From the NCBI GenBank assembly GCA_966095605.1, contig CBHTTJ010000001.1:7906-71905 (forward strand): a DNA stretch of 64,000 nucleotides. Reading direction: 5' to 3'. Origin of the DNA: an uncultured bacterium (GTDB lineage Bacteria; Verrucomicrobiota; Verrucomicrobiia; Limisphaerales; JACDHS01). The number at the start of each line of letters is the position of its first letter. Positions within the stretch are counted from its first letter, which is position 1. The position numbers were made by a program, and so were the translations under genes. The notes beneath the pieces were generated by a model. The model ran no database searches, had not been told where the DNA came from, and was given only the letters and a program-made list of their open reading frames with translations. Of the stretch, positions 55,653 through 64,000 are shown one piece after another.

Positions 55653-56744
55653 ATGGAACTTGACGCGCACATACCGAAACGGATTGCCGAAACCCGAAAT
55701 CTGGCAAAACTCAGCCAAAGCCAGCTCGCCAAACGTTTGGAAGTATCACCTTCGCTCATCTGTTCCTGGGAAGCCGGCACGCGCAAACCATCGCTGGATC
55801 AATTATTGGAACTCTCCCGTCACCTCGGTGTTCCGCTCGATTACCTGTTGAAAGAAAAGGCGCAACCGACCTTTCAGTTCCGCGCCGCCGCTACCCTCGA
55901 CGGACCAAAACGAATTGCCGTCAACGAACTCGCCCTTCAGGCTTCGGCGCAGATCGAATACATCGCTGAAGTCTATCATCTCGCAGGCCAACAGGTGCCG
56001 GTCTGCATGCACTGGTCCGAATTTAGTTTCCCGCACGTCGTTCAACTCGCCGCTCACATCCGCGACATCTTCAAACTGAACCGACGCGTCACCTTGGCCG
56101 AACTGAAACAAGCCATGGCCGAGCAAGGCATTTTCGTTTTCGAATGGAACATGCCCTCGCACGTCTCCGGCATGTCCTATCGCGGCCCGATCACCGCCAT
56201 TTTCGTCAATTACCTGCACACCCCACAACGCCGACTCTTCACCCTGGCGCACGAACTCGCCCACGTGCTGTTCCACCTCGGCCGCAGCAAAGAAGAAAAC
56301 GCCCAGATCAGCATCCATTCATTTTTGGATCCGATCGAAAAAGAAGCCAACGCTTTCGCCAGCGAGCTCCTTTTACCGCTTGCCGACGTGGAAGTAATAG
56401 CCAAACGGTACGGCGAAGACATCCGCAACCCGGCGCTCATGGAAACAGTCGCCCGCGGCTTCAACGTCTCCCGCGACGCACTGTTCTATCGCTTAACGCA
56501 GTTGGAGATTTGTTTTTGGAACGAGAAGGCCCAATTCGCCAGCCCCTTTGAAAATGTGGAACCCGGTGAGGCCCGCGTCACAGACATCGCGGCCCAGGTT
56601 CCGTCCGAATTCCTTGAAATTGCCTTGGCGATCCAGTTACGAAAGCGCGAATCCTCATCACTAATCGCCAATTGGATTGCGACAAACGAAAGCACTGCCA
56701 ACGCCTACAACCTAGTCCTGCAAAAGATTCAGCAAACGGAGTGA
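55653..56744 (+). CDS. XRE-family HTH fused to ImmA/IrrE-type zinc metallopeptidase
   Basis: N-terminal 'LAKLSQSQLAKRLEVSPSLICSWEAGTRKPSLDQLLELSRHLGVPLDYLL'. HEXXH 'LAHELAHVLFH' plus downstream 'EKEANAFASELLLP'. Confidence 0.85.
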   Translation: MELDAHIPKRIAETRNLAKLSQSQLAKRLEVSPSLICSWEAGTRKPSLDQLLELSRHLGVPLDYLLKEKAQPTFQFRAAATLDGPKRIAVNELALQASAQIEYIAEVYHLAGQQVPVCMHWSEFSFPHVVQLAAHIRDIFKLNRRVTLAELKQAMAEQGIFVFEWNMPSHVSGMSYRGPITAIFVNYLHTPQRRLFTLAHELAHVLFHLGRSKEENAQISIHSFLDPIEKEANAFASELLLPLADVEVIAKRYGEDIRNPALMETVARGFNVSRDALFYRLTQLEICFWNEKAQFASPFENVEPGEARVTDIAAQVPSEFLEIALAIQLRKRESSSLIANWIATNESTANAYNLVLQKIQQTE

Positions 56745-56760
56745 ACATCAGTGGTTTATC

Positions 56761-58515
56761 ATGAGCATCAAAATCGAGCCGAAATCTTCCAAAGAACAAC
56801 TCCATCGTGCACTTCGTGATTTCCTCGAGGATGCCAAGCCGGGGGTCCTAGCCTTAAAAGGCCCATGGGGTGTCGGCAAAACGTACGTATGGAACAATTT
56901 TTTTGATACGTACAAAAAACAAGCAAAGCACGCAGGATATGCTTACGTCTCCTTGTTCGGCATCCACAGCACTGCTGAACTTCGTCAGGCCATTTTTGCT
57001 AGGCACCAGCCTCTCGGCAATGAGGAAAACGGCGCCTGGTGGAAACGCAGCAAAAAATACGGAACCAATCTTCTCAAACATATTGATTTAGCGCCTGCGA
57101 CCTTCGGATTGCTGAAAAATACAGAGGTTTTTTCCGAATGGCTCCAAGACAAAATTATTCGGAACTTTATCATTTGCATCGATGACCTAGAACGGAAAGA
57201 AGAGTCCGTTAGTGGTTCCGCGCTCCTCGGATTCATTACGAGTTTGCGAGAAGAGCGCAACTGTAAGGTTATAATCATCTACAATGACGCAGAAGTTTCC
57301 AAGGACCTTGATGCGAGTTTCGGTGAATATCGCGAGAAGGTGATTGATCGGGAGGTTACCTATAGCCCGACCATCAAGGAAAACTTTGAAATAATTTTTC
57401 CGGAAGGCGAAAATCGCTTTTTTAGTTCGAGCGGCTCGGCTTCAGAAATCGACCTTTTTTTAGGAAATGACGACCGGCCGATAGTGGCTCTTTTCCAAGC
57501 GCTGGACGTGACGAACATTCGCGTTATGCAAAAAACCCGTCGAGCGCTTGAATACTTTGAGCCCTACCTGCTGCAAAGCTATCCAAAACTGTACCCACGT
57601 TTCGCGCGTCAGACGGTTAAACTTTGCTGCCTTTATTACATGCATGGCGATGAACTCTCGCTTGACGTGCTTTTAAATACTTCGCAGTGGGGCGAGTTTT
57701 TCGCAAAACAAAGCAACGATCCAGAGAAGTTGAAACAACAGGAAGCACTGAAACCGGTGCGCGCGATCGCGTACAGCCCACAAGATACGGACTACCTAAT
57801 TGCAGATTACCTAAACTCTGGTTACGTCCAATGGGAACGCTACCAGGATGCTCTAACCGAGGCCGAGCAACGGCATGCGCGCACTGAGTTAAATTCTCAA
57901 CAGACCCAAACGTGGCAAAAATTTTGGGGAAACTTTCTGACTGACGAAAAAACTTTCATCGTCGAACTATCGCAGTTCGTACGACAGCACTGGCGGCAAT
58001 TAAGTATGGCTGATGTCGACGGAGCTGTTCGTTTTCTGAAACAGTTGGATCCTGCCCTTGATCTTTCCAACCTCATCGCACAGAAGATTGAACAATTTGT
58101 TCGCGACCATCCCAACAGCAACCTGATGCACAGCGACCTTCACAATGTAATGCCCGAAACACAGAAAGAGATTCGAAGATTGTCGGCACTGCACTTGCAA
58201 CGATTACCCATCGGAGAGGCTATTTTGCGCCTGACGGAGTCTGGCGGTTGGAGCCCAACTGATTTTCAGCATCTCGAGCTGATAAAGGCGACTGATTTTT
58301 ACAGTTTTCTCGTTGCAAGCGAGATGCCAGACCTGTTGCAGCGTATTAAGGAACTTCGACAGCGCCTCGGCTCCGGTGAATTGGAACAAAAAATATTGTC
58401 TGAATTGGATGTAGCATTGCGGCGACTGGCCAAACGCTCGAAGCTCGATGAATTACGAGTTCGCAATACTGGTGTAAGCCTTGCAACGCCTGAGCAGCCA
58501 AAACCGTCCATGTGA
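56761..58515 (+). CDS. KAP-family P-loop NTPase
   Basis: Walker A 'LALKGPWGVGKTYVWNNF', Walker B 'FIICIDDLERK', long helical C-terminal region. 16 nt after the ImmA stop. Confidence 0.8.
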   Translation: MSIKIEPKSSKEQLHRALRDFLEDAKPGVLALKGPWGVGKTYVWNNFFDTYKKQAKHAGYAYVSLFGIHSTAELRQAIFARHQPLGNEENGAWWKRSKKYGTNLLKHIDLAPATFGLLKNTEVFSEWLQDKIIRNFIICIDDLERKEESVSGSALLGFITSLREERNCKVIIIYNDAEVSKDLDASFGEYREKVIDREVTYSPTIKENFEIIFPEGENRFFSSSGSASEIDLFLGNDDRPIVALFQALDVTNIRVMQKTRRALEYFEPYLLQSYPKLYPRFARQTVKLCCLYYMHGDELSLDVLLNTSQWGEFFAKQSNDPEKLKQQEALKPVRAIAYSPQDTDYLIADYLNSGYVQWERYQDALTEAEQRHARTELNSQQTQTWQKFWGNFLTDEKTFIVELSQFVRQHWRQLSMADVDGAVRFLKQLDPALDLSNLIAQKIEQFVRDHPNSNLMHSDLHNVMPETQKEIRRLSALHLQRLPIGEAILRLTESGGWSPTDFQHLELIKATDFYSFLVASEMPDLLQRIKELRQRLGSGELEQKILSELDVALRRLAKRSKLDELRVRNTGVSLATPEQPKPSM

Positions 58516-58642
58516 GATTAACAATTCCGCAAAATTTGCTCGGGTGATGTCAGTCTTATCTGACGCGCGTTCACGAAGAACCAGACTGGTATGCTTTAGA
58601 CTTAGCATTGATGAATGAGTCTCAAACTGCCACTCTGACGCC

Positions 58643-59599
58643 GTGTCAGTTGTTAAACAACAGCACTACGTTCCACAGTTCTACCTGAAGAATTTTGCCA
58701 ACGAGAAGGAGCAGATTTGGGTATACGACAAGGTAACTGACAAGTCGTTTCAGACTCACATCAAAAACGTAGCCGGGGAAAGATATTTTTATGATGTCCC
58801 ATCCTTGGATCAGAGGACTGGCGTTAAGCAATCCGTTGAGAAACTGTTGAGTCACGTCGAGGACAAAATGTCGGAGGTTCTGAACACGCTGCTGCAGAAG
58901 CTTGCCACCAATAACTTTATTCGGCTGCACGATGACCAGCGCAATTTTCTTTCGATATTCATGGTTGTGCAAATGTTGAGAAGCAAAGAACATCGCGTCA
59001 TGCAGGAGCATTCCGCACGATCGATGTCGCGCTTTCTTAAAAAACGACTCACAGACCAGCAGATCATCGAGGCATTCGGCAGCGAGGCGTTGCACCCGCC
59101 AACGGCAGAATCATTGGCCGAAGTACAGGCGAGCTGCCTTGCTGACCAAAACCTCATTCGTGAAATGGCCATGATTTTGAATGGGCATATCTGGGTAATA
59201 TACAAAGTACGCCATAGCGGGGAATTTTTGACTTCAGACAACCCCTTCACAAAGCGTGGACACATCAAGCACCCTGTCCGTAGACTTTCTGGAATTCGGT
59301 CGCCAGGGATCGAAATAAGTTTGCCCATATCTCCTGAATTCTGTCTGTGCTTAGCTGAACGCAGTTTTTTCATCGCCAATGAAAAATACGATGGGCGTGT
59401 CGTGGACATCAATGACACGCAAAATATGATCTACTACAATTACGAGAGAATTAAATTTGCCACGCGATACCTGTTCAGCAGTAGCGGCGACTTTCGGTTT
59501 GTAAAACAAGTGTGTGAAGAAGAGCCGATTTTAAAGGATCCTCTTCGAAAAAGGATTGCGTCAAACCATGATGGTCCAGGCGATACTATCGAGGATTAG
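58643..59599 (+). CDS. DUF4238-family protein
   Basis: N-terminal hallmark 'QHYVPQFYLKNFA'. ~318 aa. GTG start. Confidence 0.75.
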   Translation: MSVVKQQHYVPQFYLKNFANEKEQIWVYDKVTDKSFQTHIKNVAGERYFYDVPSLDQRTGVKQSVEKLLSHVEDKMSEVLNTLLQKLATNNFIRLHDDQRNFLSIFMVVQMLRSKEHRVMQEHSARSMSRFLKKRLTDQQIIEAFGSEALHPPTAESLAEVQASCLADQNLIREMAMILNGHIWVIYKVRHSGEFLTSDNPFTKRGHIKHPVRRLSGIRSPGIEISLPISPEFCLCLAERSFFIANEKYDGRVVDINDTQNMIYYNYERIKFATRYLFSSSGDFRFVKQVCEEEPILKDPLRKRIASNHDGPGDTIED

Positions 59600-59656
59600 T
59601 CCCGGACAAAATCGGTTTCCTTTTTGCCCCTCGGTTAGGCTCTCAAGCTTCTTTAG

Positions 59657-60361
59657 CTACTCCGCGCGTTGAAACCAGCGATCACAAGCGTTTTTATTTA
59701 CACCACATAGACGCTGGTAATCTTTTAGATAGATCAAAACCGGCTCAACCAAGGTTCCTTTCATTCCAATTGCTTTCATTGAAAGCAGTCCGTCAATCTC
59801 GGGCGCGAGCGGTTGGTGAACGATAAAGCCGACATCTGGACAATGATCCTGCAACCGAACCGCCAAGTTGATACAATAGCCGGCGTAATCAATCACATCC
59901 GGCGAAACCGCGTCATCAGGGCCGATCAAAGGTTGCACGCGCCCAGTCGCGATACCGACCCTCACTGTGCGAGGCAGACCAGTGGTGCGCCACTCGCGTT
60001 CGCAGCGATTAGCAAATTCTGGCACCTTCTGTTGAAATTCGCGCAACGCTAAAACGGCTGAAGTACAAAACTCGGCAGGAAAATCTTCGCCATTGTCTCG
60101 GAGCCACAACATGAGAGCCCCGTCTCCGGTGAATTTAATAAAGTCAGGGCGCGGAACTTGCACCATTTTCGAAGTGTCGCGGAAAAAATCACGGATCCCG
60201 TCTTTGAAGATCAAATCAAACTCCTTAAACAGTGCAGACAGGAAACGAGTTACGTACGCCTGGGCGTCGTGTCGCTGACAAAAAGTGCTAAACCCTGAGA
60301 GGTCAAATGATGCAGCTATCGCGTGGCGAGTGGCGGGGCCGTTATTACAAAATGAGATCAT
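59657..60361 (-). CDS. Class III nucleotidyl cyclase homologue A (minimal, 234 aa)
   Basis: 'SFDLSGFSTF' (metal Asp), 'KFTGDGALMLW' (second metal Asp), 'RVGIATGRV', 'GYCINLAVRLQ' (Asn..Arg pair). Confidence 0.75.
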   Translation of the reverse strand: MISFCNNGPATRHAIAASFDLSGFSTFCQRHDAQAYVTRFLSALFKEFDLIFKDGIRDFFRDTSKMVQVPRPDFIKFTGDGALMLWLRDNGEDFPAEFCTSAVLALREFQQKVPEFANRCEREWRTTGLPRTVRVGIATGRVQPLIGPDDAVSPDVIDYAGYCINLAVRLQDHCPDVGFIVHQPLAPEIDGLLSMKAIGMKGTLVEPVLIYLKDYQRLCGVNKNACDRWFQRAE

Positions 60362-60436
60362 GGAATTCGTTCAACAACCGGTTACGCGATATGAAGCAAT
60401 TTTGTTTGTCGTAGCAACAAATAATGCAGCGAACGC

Positions 60437-61261
60437 GTGCCATTGACCTTCGCAAAGATAGATGGCAAACACCTGTTTGGTATGCCTGAATGGACGCGCG
60501 ATTATTTTAAATCTTTGGAAGAGCGATTTCATCTTATTGTAGAAAATTCTGCAGATCGGGTCCCAGACATTGTTCAAGGTAGAGTGGCGCCGGGCACGGA
60601 GGACTTGGCGATCGGTAGTGCCAAACAAATACGGGCAGCAGTGTTGTTTTTCGATATTCGCGGTTTCAGCCAAAGGACCGGGTCCGCAGCATTGTCCGAA
60701 TTGCGGAAGACATTGCACATGTTAAACTGCGTGGTGCCGATCGCAATGCACATCATTTTCGATCAGGGCGGCTATGTCGAAAAGAATACGGGGGATGGAA
60801 TAATGGCAATATTCCCGCGATCTTCTTCGGACCGCGAGGCAGCCGATGCCGCCCTTGATGCCGCGTCGATGATCTTTTACGTCCTTAGGACTGTAGTAAA
60901 CCCATATTTAACTAGCATCGGAATCGATAGTGTTGATGCACGGATCGGCATTGACCTAGGAACTATTCTTGTGGCCAAAATCGGTACTCACACTGGTAAC
61001 TCGCGCTTTGATCGGAATTTTTCTACGGCCATTGGGCCTGCAGCTAACATCGCTTGCAAAATCCAACACCTTGCCGGCACAAACCAGATTTTTGTCGGTG
61101 ACCTCATTCGGCGGAACTGCAGCGTAGCCCAGGGCAACTTGTTCCTTGACGCAACGCCGCATCCTTCAGAATGGGATTGGAGTTATGCAAATTCGCCAAC
61201 CAACCGCTACTTTGTTTGGCATTTTGCTGCAGTGCTTAATCCACCATCGCTTACTCGATAA
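60437..61261 (+). CDS. Class III nucleotidyl cyclase homologue B
   Basis: 'VLFFDIRGFSQRT', 'KNTGDGIMAIF', 'RIGIDLGTI', 'GPAANIACKIQ'. GTG start at 60437 or ATG at 60482. Confidence 0.75.
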   Translation: MPLTFAKIDGKHLFGMPEWTRDYFKSLEERFHLIVENSADRVPDIVQGRVAPGTEDLAIGSAKQIRAAVLFFDIRGFSQRTGSAALSELRKTLHMLNCVVPIAMHIIFDQGGYVEKNTGDGIMAIFPRSSSDREAADAALDAASMIFYVLRTVVNPYLTSIGIDSVDARIGIDLGTILVAKIGTHTGNSRFDRNFSTAIGPAANIACKIQHLAGTNQIFVGDLIRRNCSVAQGNLFLDATPHPSEWDWSYANSPTNRYFVWHFAAVLNPPSLTR

Positions 61262-62552
61262 ATACACCGAAGCTGGTCTTCATCGATAGGCCAAACTTCG
61301 AAGTCGCTTCGACAATTAAGAAGTGAAAGCCTTTGTACGCAGTGGCTTCGTAATGAGATATCTTGTGATGCTGCTCGTTCGTTGTGATCTCTTGTGTCGT
61401 TACGTGGTCGCCTCGATCCAATGGGGCTTTAGTTGTAGCCTCATCGCCGTGATTTTCCACTCGAAAGGTTAACGTATAAGGAAGCTTTGGGATGTAAGGC
61501 ATTTTGACCTCGAACCGCAATAGCCTCTGTTTTGGTAGGCGTCGGCTTGATGGTGCATATGATTCGCTTTTATCCAAACTCTCGTAAGCCTGAGCCTTAA
61601 CCTCCATTTTACTGGTGCGAACTGGATCTGCCTGCCCAATGGGGGTAAAGTCCAGGAAACCATTCCAATCCAGAACGTGCTGGCAATAGTTTATCGGCTT
61701 ACCCAATCCGTCAACATGGTTTGGTTCTACATATGGCTTTTGCACTTCCAGTCCATCCAGTTTCGCCGTTTTGACTCGGAGTAAACTCCTAGGGAAGTCC
61801 AGTATCTGTCGCAGAGAATCGCCAATCATGATCTCGTTGCGTCCAGCCGCCTGCTGTAGCTTTGCGGCCACGTCGACGTAAAATGAAGTCGCCGTGACCT
61901 CCTCAATCCCTGGATATCCATACGCAGACCACAATACATCCTCTTTTTTACCATGATCGATGCCTATCCGAACTCCGAACGGGTCGTCAAACCCCTCTGT
62001 TCTCAAAGCTGGCACCACCACGGAATCAACAAAGTATCGCAACACGGAAGCACAATTCATCGCGTCAATCGCAGCGTCTTCTGGCACCCCCGATGTTCCA
62101 CCAAAATATGCCATGACGGCATCTCCCATGATCCGGTGCACGTGGCCGTCGAAAGCACGCACGATTTCAATAGTCGCACAAATGTACGCGTTTTTGATTT
62201 TTTTCACGCGCGGCAAAGTGTGCAACAGGCTCAGTCGAGTCGACCCCTCAATGTCCATGAACAAGGTCGTGATGGGGCAATAGACTTCTTCGTTTGTTTC
62301 TTTTAGGCAACGGAAGTCCGGATGGTCTCCTATGTCCGGCTTGCCAGGCTCGCCTTTGCCGTAAAGGGGCCGCAAAAGTTTTTGCATCGAATAATGCGGA
62401 ACAATGGAAGTTTCTGGTTCTCGCTCACTACAAAAAACGGCCTGCTTGGCTTCGAGCGCCAAGGCCCGGTTGAGAATTGCCGGTTTTTCAGCATCGCGCA
62501 TGTAGCCTTCATAAGAGCGCGCCATGGCTGTTCTCAGATCCGAGGTATTCAT
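61251..62552 (-). CDS. Class III nucleotidyl cyclase homologue C with C-terminal beta-rich extension (PycC-like, possible AGS-C domain)
   Basis: 'TLFMDIEGSTRLS', 'RIMGDAVMAYFGG', 'RIGIDHGKK', 'SFYVDVAAKLQ'. Start set to the ATG at 62552, which forms an ATGA overlap with the upstream TM gene stop. Confidence 0.75.
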   Translation of the reverse strand: MNTSDLRTAMARSYEGYMRDAEKPAILNRALALEAKQAVFCSEREPETSIVPHYSMQKLLRPLYGKGEPGKPDIGDHPDFRCLKETNEEVYCPITTLFMDIEGSTRLSLLHTLPRVKKIKNAYICATIEIVRAFDGHVHRIMGDAVMAYFGGTSGVPEDAAIDAMNCASVLRYFVDSVVVPALRTEGFDDPFGVRIGIDHGKKEDVLWSAYGYPGIEEVTATSFYVDVAAKLQQAAGRNEIMIGDSLRQILDFPRSLLRVKTAKLDGLEVQKPYVEPNHVDGLGKPINYCQHVLDWNGFLDFTPIGQADPVRTSKMEVKAQAYESLDKSESYAPSSRRLPKQRLLRFEVKMPYIPKLPYTLTFRVENHGDEATTKAPLDRGDHVTTQEITTNEQHHKISHYEATAYKGFHFLIVEATSKFGLSMKTSFGVFIE

Positions 62553-63151
62553 AAACACTTCAAACAACCGAGAACATATAGAATGAAAAACACGGCCAAT
62601 GCAGGCAGTTGAAAAAATAAGATCGCTCCAACCGCTACTTTCAATGTTTTGAACTTGCTCCGTAACCCTGTTGCGAGTGCGTGCGCTTGGTAAGACAAAT
62701 CTTTCAATGCGGTTTCCCCCGTGAGTGCCTGCATGTTGGTCAAGTACGACTCGGGGCCGCTATGTTCCGCGACATGTTCAAAGAATACAGAGGAGTGATA
62801 TTTTGTTACTTCTTTGGGGGATTTCAAAAACGGGCTGACAATTTGCCAAGTTGCCCAAAGCGATACGAGCGCGGCTCCCACGGCGACAAGAAGGCTTGCA
62901 CCGGCGACCCATTTAGCCCAAGGCACGGCAAATCCAGCCGCGAGATCGGCCCATTTCAATGCAATGCCAGTAATCAGAAAAACATTAAACGCAAGCAATA
63001 CCGAAGCTTTGGCGTTAATCGCCCCATAGTAGGTGTCATACCGCCCAATTACCTTCCACAAAAAATTTTCACAATCGTACGGCTTTTCCGGCTCCGTTGG
63101 CTGTTTGGGGGTGCCCATGCCTAAAGTTTCTACATGAAATGATTTATTCAC
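62549..63151 (-). CDS. Three-TM membrane protein, PycTM-like candidate effector
   Basis: 'RYDTYYGAINAKASVLLAFNVFLITGIALKW', 'WVAGASLLVAVGAALVSLWATW' and C-terminal 'VAVGAILFFQLPALAVFFILYVLG'. Translationally coupled to cyclase C. Confidence 0.6.
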   Translation of the reverse strand: MNKSFHVETLGMGTPKQPTEPEKPYDCENFLWKVIGRYDTYYGAINAKASVLLAFNVFLITGIALKWADLAAGFAVPWAKWVAGASLLVAVGAALVSLWATWQIVSPFLKSPKEVTKYHSSVFFEHVAEHSGPESYLTNMQALTGETALKDLSYQAHALATGLRSKFKTLKVAVGAILFFQLPALAVFFILYVLGCLKCL

Positions 63152-63270
63152 TCAAGGGATTCCAAGGAATGTAAGTTCGCTCCAAACGCCGTTAGTAACG
63201 TGGTCGTTTGATGGTTTTCATTTTGGAAATCGCAACTGACAATTTCACATCAAACGGTAAAAGTCATTTC

Positions 63271-64000
63271 ATGTCACCGCAGCTAAGAGTTGAACTATTG
63301 CAGCGGCTCTCGCGATCCGAAGACCCGTGGGTCGAACGCAAACAATCGTTTGACGAAAGGGAGGTCCGTAAAACTTTGGTCGGGTTTGCCAATTCATTGC
63401 GCGAAGGCGAGACTGCAGTGCTTTTTCTCGGTGCTCGAAACGATGGAAAGCATCCAGGACTTTCTGACGCTGACGATGTCCAAAAGAAGGTCGGCGGCGT
63501 TGCGTCTGAAAAATGCTATCCCCGGATCAGCTACAATACTGCGGTCCTGGAGGTCGATATCAATGGCAAGAAAGTCGAAATTTTGGCCGTCGTTGTTCCA
63601 TTTAGCGCAAACCGGCCTCATTTTGGAGGCGTGGCTTACATTCGCCAGGGCTCCGAAACGAAAGAAGCCTCGGCCGAAGTATTTTTGGAGTTGATCGCAA
63701 GTCAGAATGACAAGGCTCGGCGCATTCTTAAGTTTAAAGGAACTCGCGTCACGGTCCATTGGCGGTCGCAATCAGGATTGTTCCTGAGAGTGGAAGGCAT
63801 TTTAGAGTTTTGCGACGCACATAGTTTCACGTTTCGGGATGACGTGGGGTGCGATTGGTCTTCGTCCCTTTCTGAGGTTGAAATCAAAAAGGACTCAATG
63901 CACCCGCTAATAATCGTCTCGAAAGCGCCTTGGACCGAGTCAGAACTTGTTCGGCGGATGGTGCGACAGTGGCGTTGGACTCAACGCCCAGAGTCGAAAG
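63271..64000 (+). CDS. Schlafen/AlbA_2-domain protein (3' end beyond window)
   Basis: Not in the supplied ORF track. ATG at 63271 and open to nt 64000. 'PWVERKQSFDEREVRKTLVGFANSLREGETAVLFLGARNDGKHPGL...KKVEILAVVVPFSANRPHFGGVAYIRQGSET' fits the AlbA_2 pattern. Confidence 0.65.
   Translation, partial: MSPQLRVELLQRLSRSEDPWVERKQSFDEREVRKTLVGFANSLREGETAVLFLGARNDGKHPGLSDADDVQKKVGGVASEKCYPRISYNTAVLEVDINGKKVEILAVVVPFSANRPHFGGVAYIRQGSETKEASAEVFLELIASQNDKARRILKFKGTRVTVHWRSQSGLFLRVEGILEFCDAHSFTFRDDVGCDWSSSLSEVEIKKDSMHPLIIVSKAPWTESELVRRMVRQWRWTQRPESK

Noticed and set aside
63290-63694. Listed 134-aa + ORF and the antisense 63394-63771 ORF.
   Set aside because: A different + frame from the ATG at 63271 is open to the window end and encodes a clear AlbA_2-like domain.
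1-64000. CRISPR arrays, rRNA genes, IS/transposase genes.
   Set aside because: No regularly spaced direct repeats with unique spacers, no rRNA-like sequence and no DDE/HUH transposase motifs were seen.

Overview
The window looks like a chromosomal segment from a PVC-type bacterium (Verrucomicrobia/Planctomycetes-like gene content; taxon not provable from sequence alone). It falls into three parts. (A) 1-28.3 kb is mostly + strand envelope and housekeeping genes. These include a permease-NHL fusion, a BatA/vWA giant protein, acylphosphatase, a metallophosphoesterase, a GT9 heptosyltransferase, a GH18 hydrolase, an MsbA-like ABC exporter and a DUF1003 protein. This part also holds a tightly packed 13-gene sugar/inositol operon (10.6-24.1 kb) with four CgeB-like glycosyltransferase paralogues and a myo-inositol-1-phosphate synthase. 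(B) tRNA-Leu(UAA) at 28413-28500 is followed directly by a tyrosine integrase and a ~21 kb phage-like element. The element encodes replication, recombination, terminase, portal, scaffold, capsid and head-completion genes. I can find no tail or lysis genes, which resembles a capsid-forming satellite. Between terminase and portal it is interrupted by a 5.4 kb accessory insert. The insert contains a nested inverted-repeat structure, a PD-(D/E)XK gene, a 1.6 kb ORF-poor GC-rich tract and a SpaB_C-like orphan. (C) 50-64 kb is a cargo/defence-island-like region. It contains small membrane proteins, a multi-HTH protein next to five phased 11-nt repeats, and an uncharacterised two-gene operon. It also contains an XRE-ImmA/IrrE + KAP NTPase + DUF4238 module. 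The most striking part is a cluster of three class III nucleotidyl cyclase homologues around one PycTM-like membrane protein (an expanded Pycsar-like locus), followed by a Schlafen/AlbA_2-like gene that runs off the window. I saw no CRISPR array, rRNA or IS transposase. All family assignments come from motif recognition by eye and need HMM or structure confirmation.
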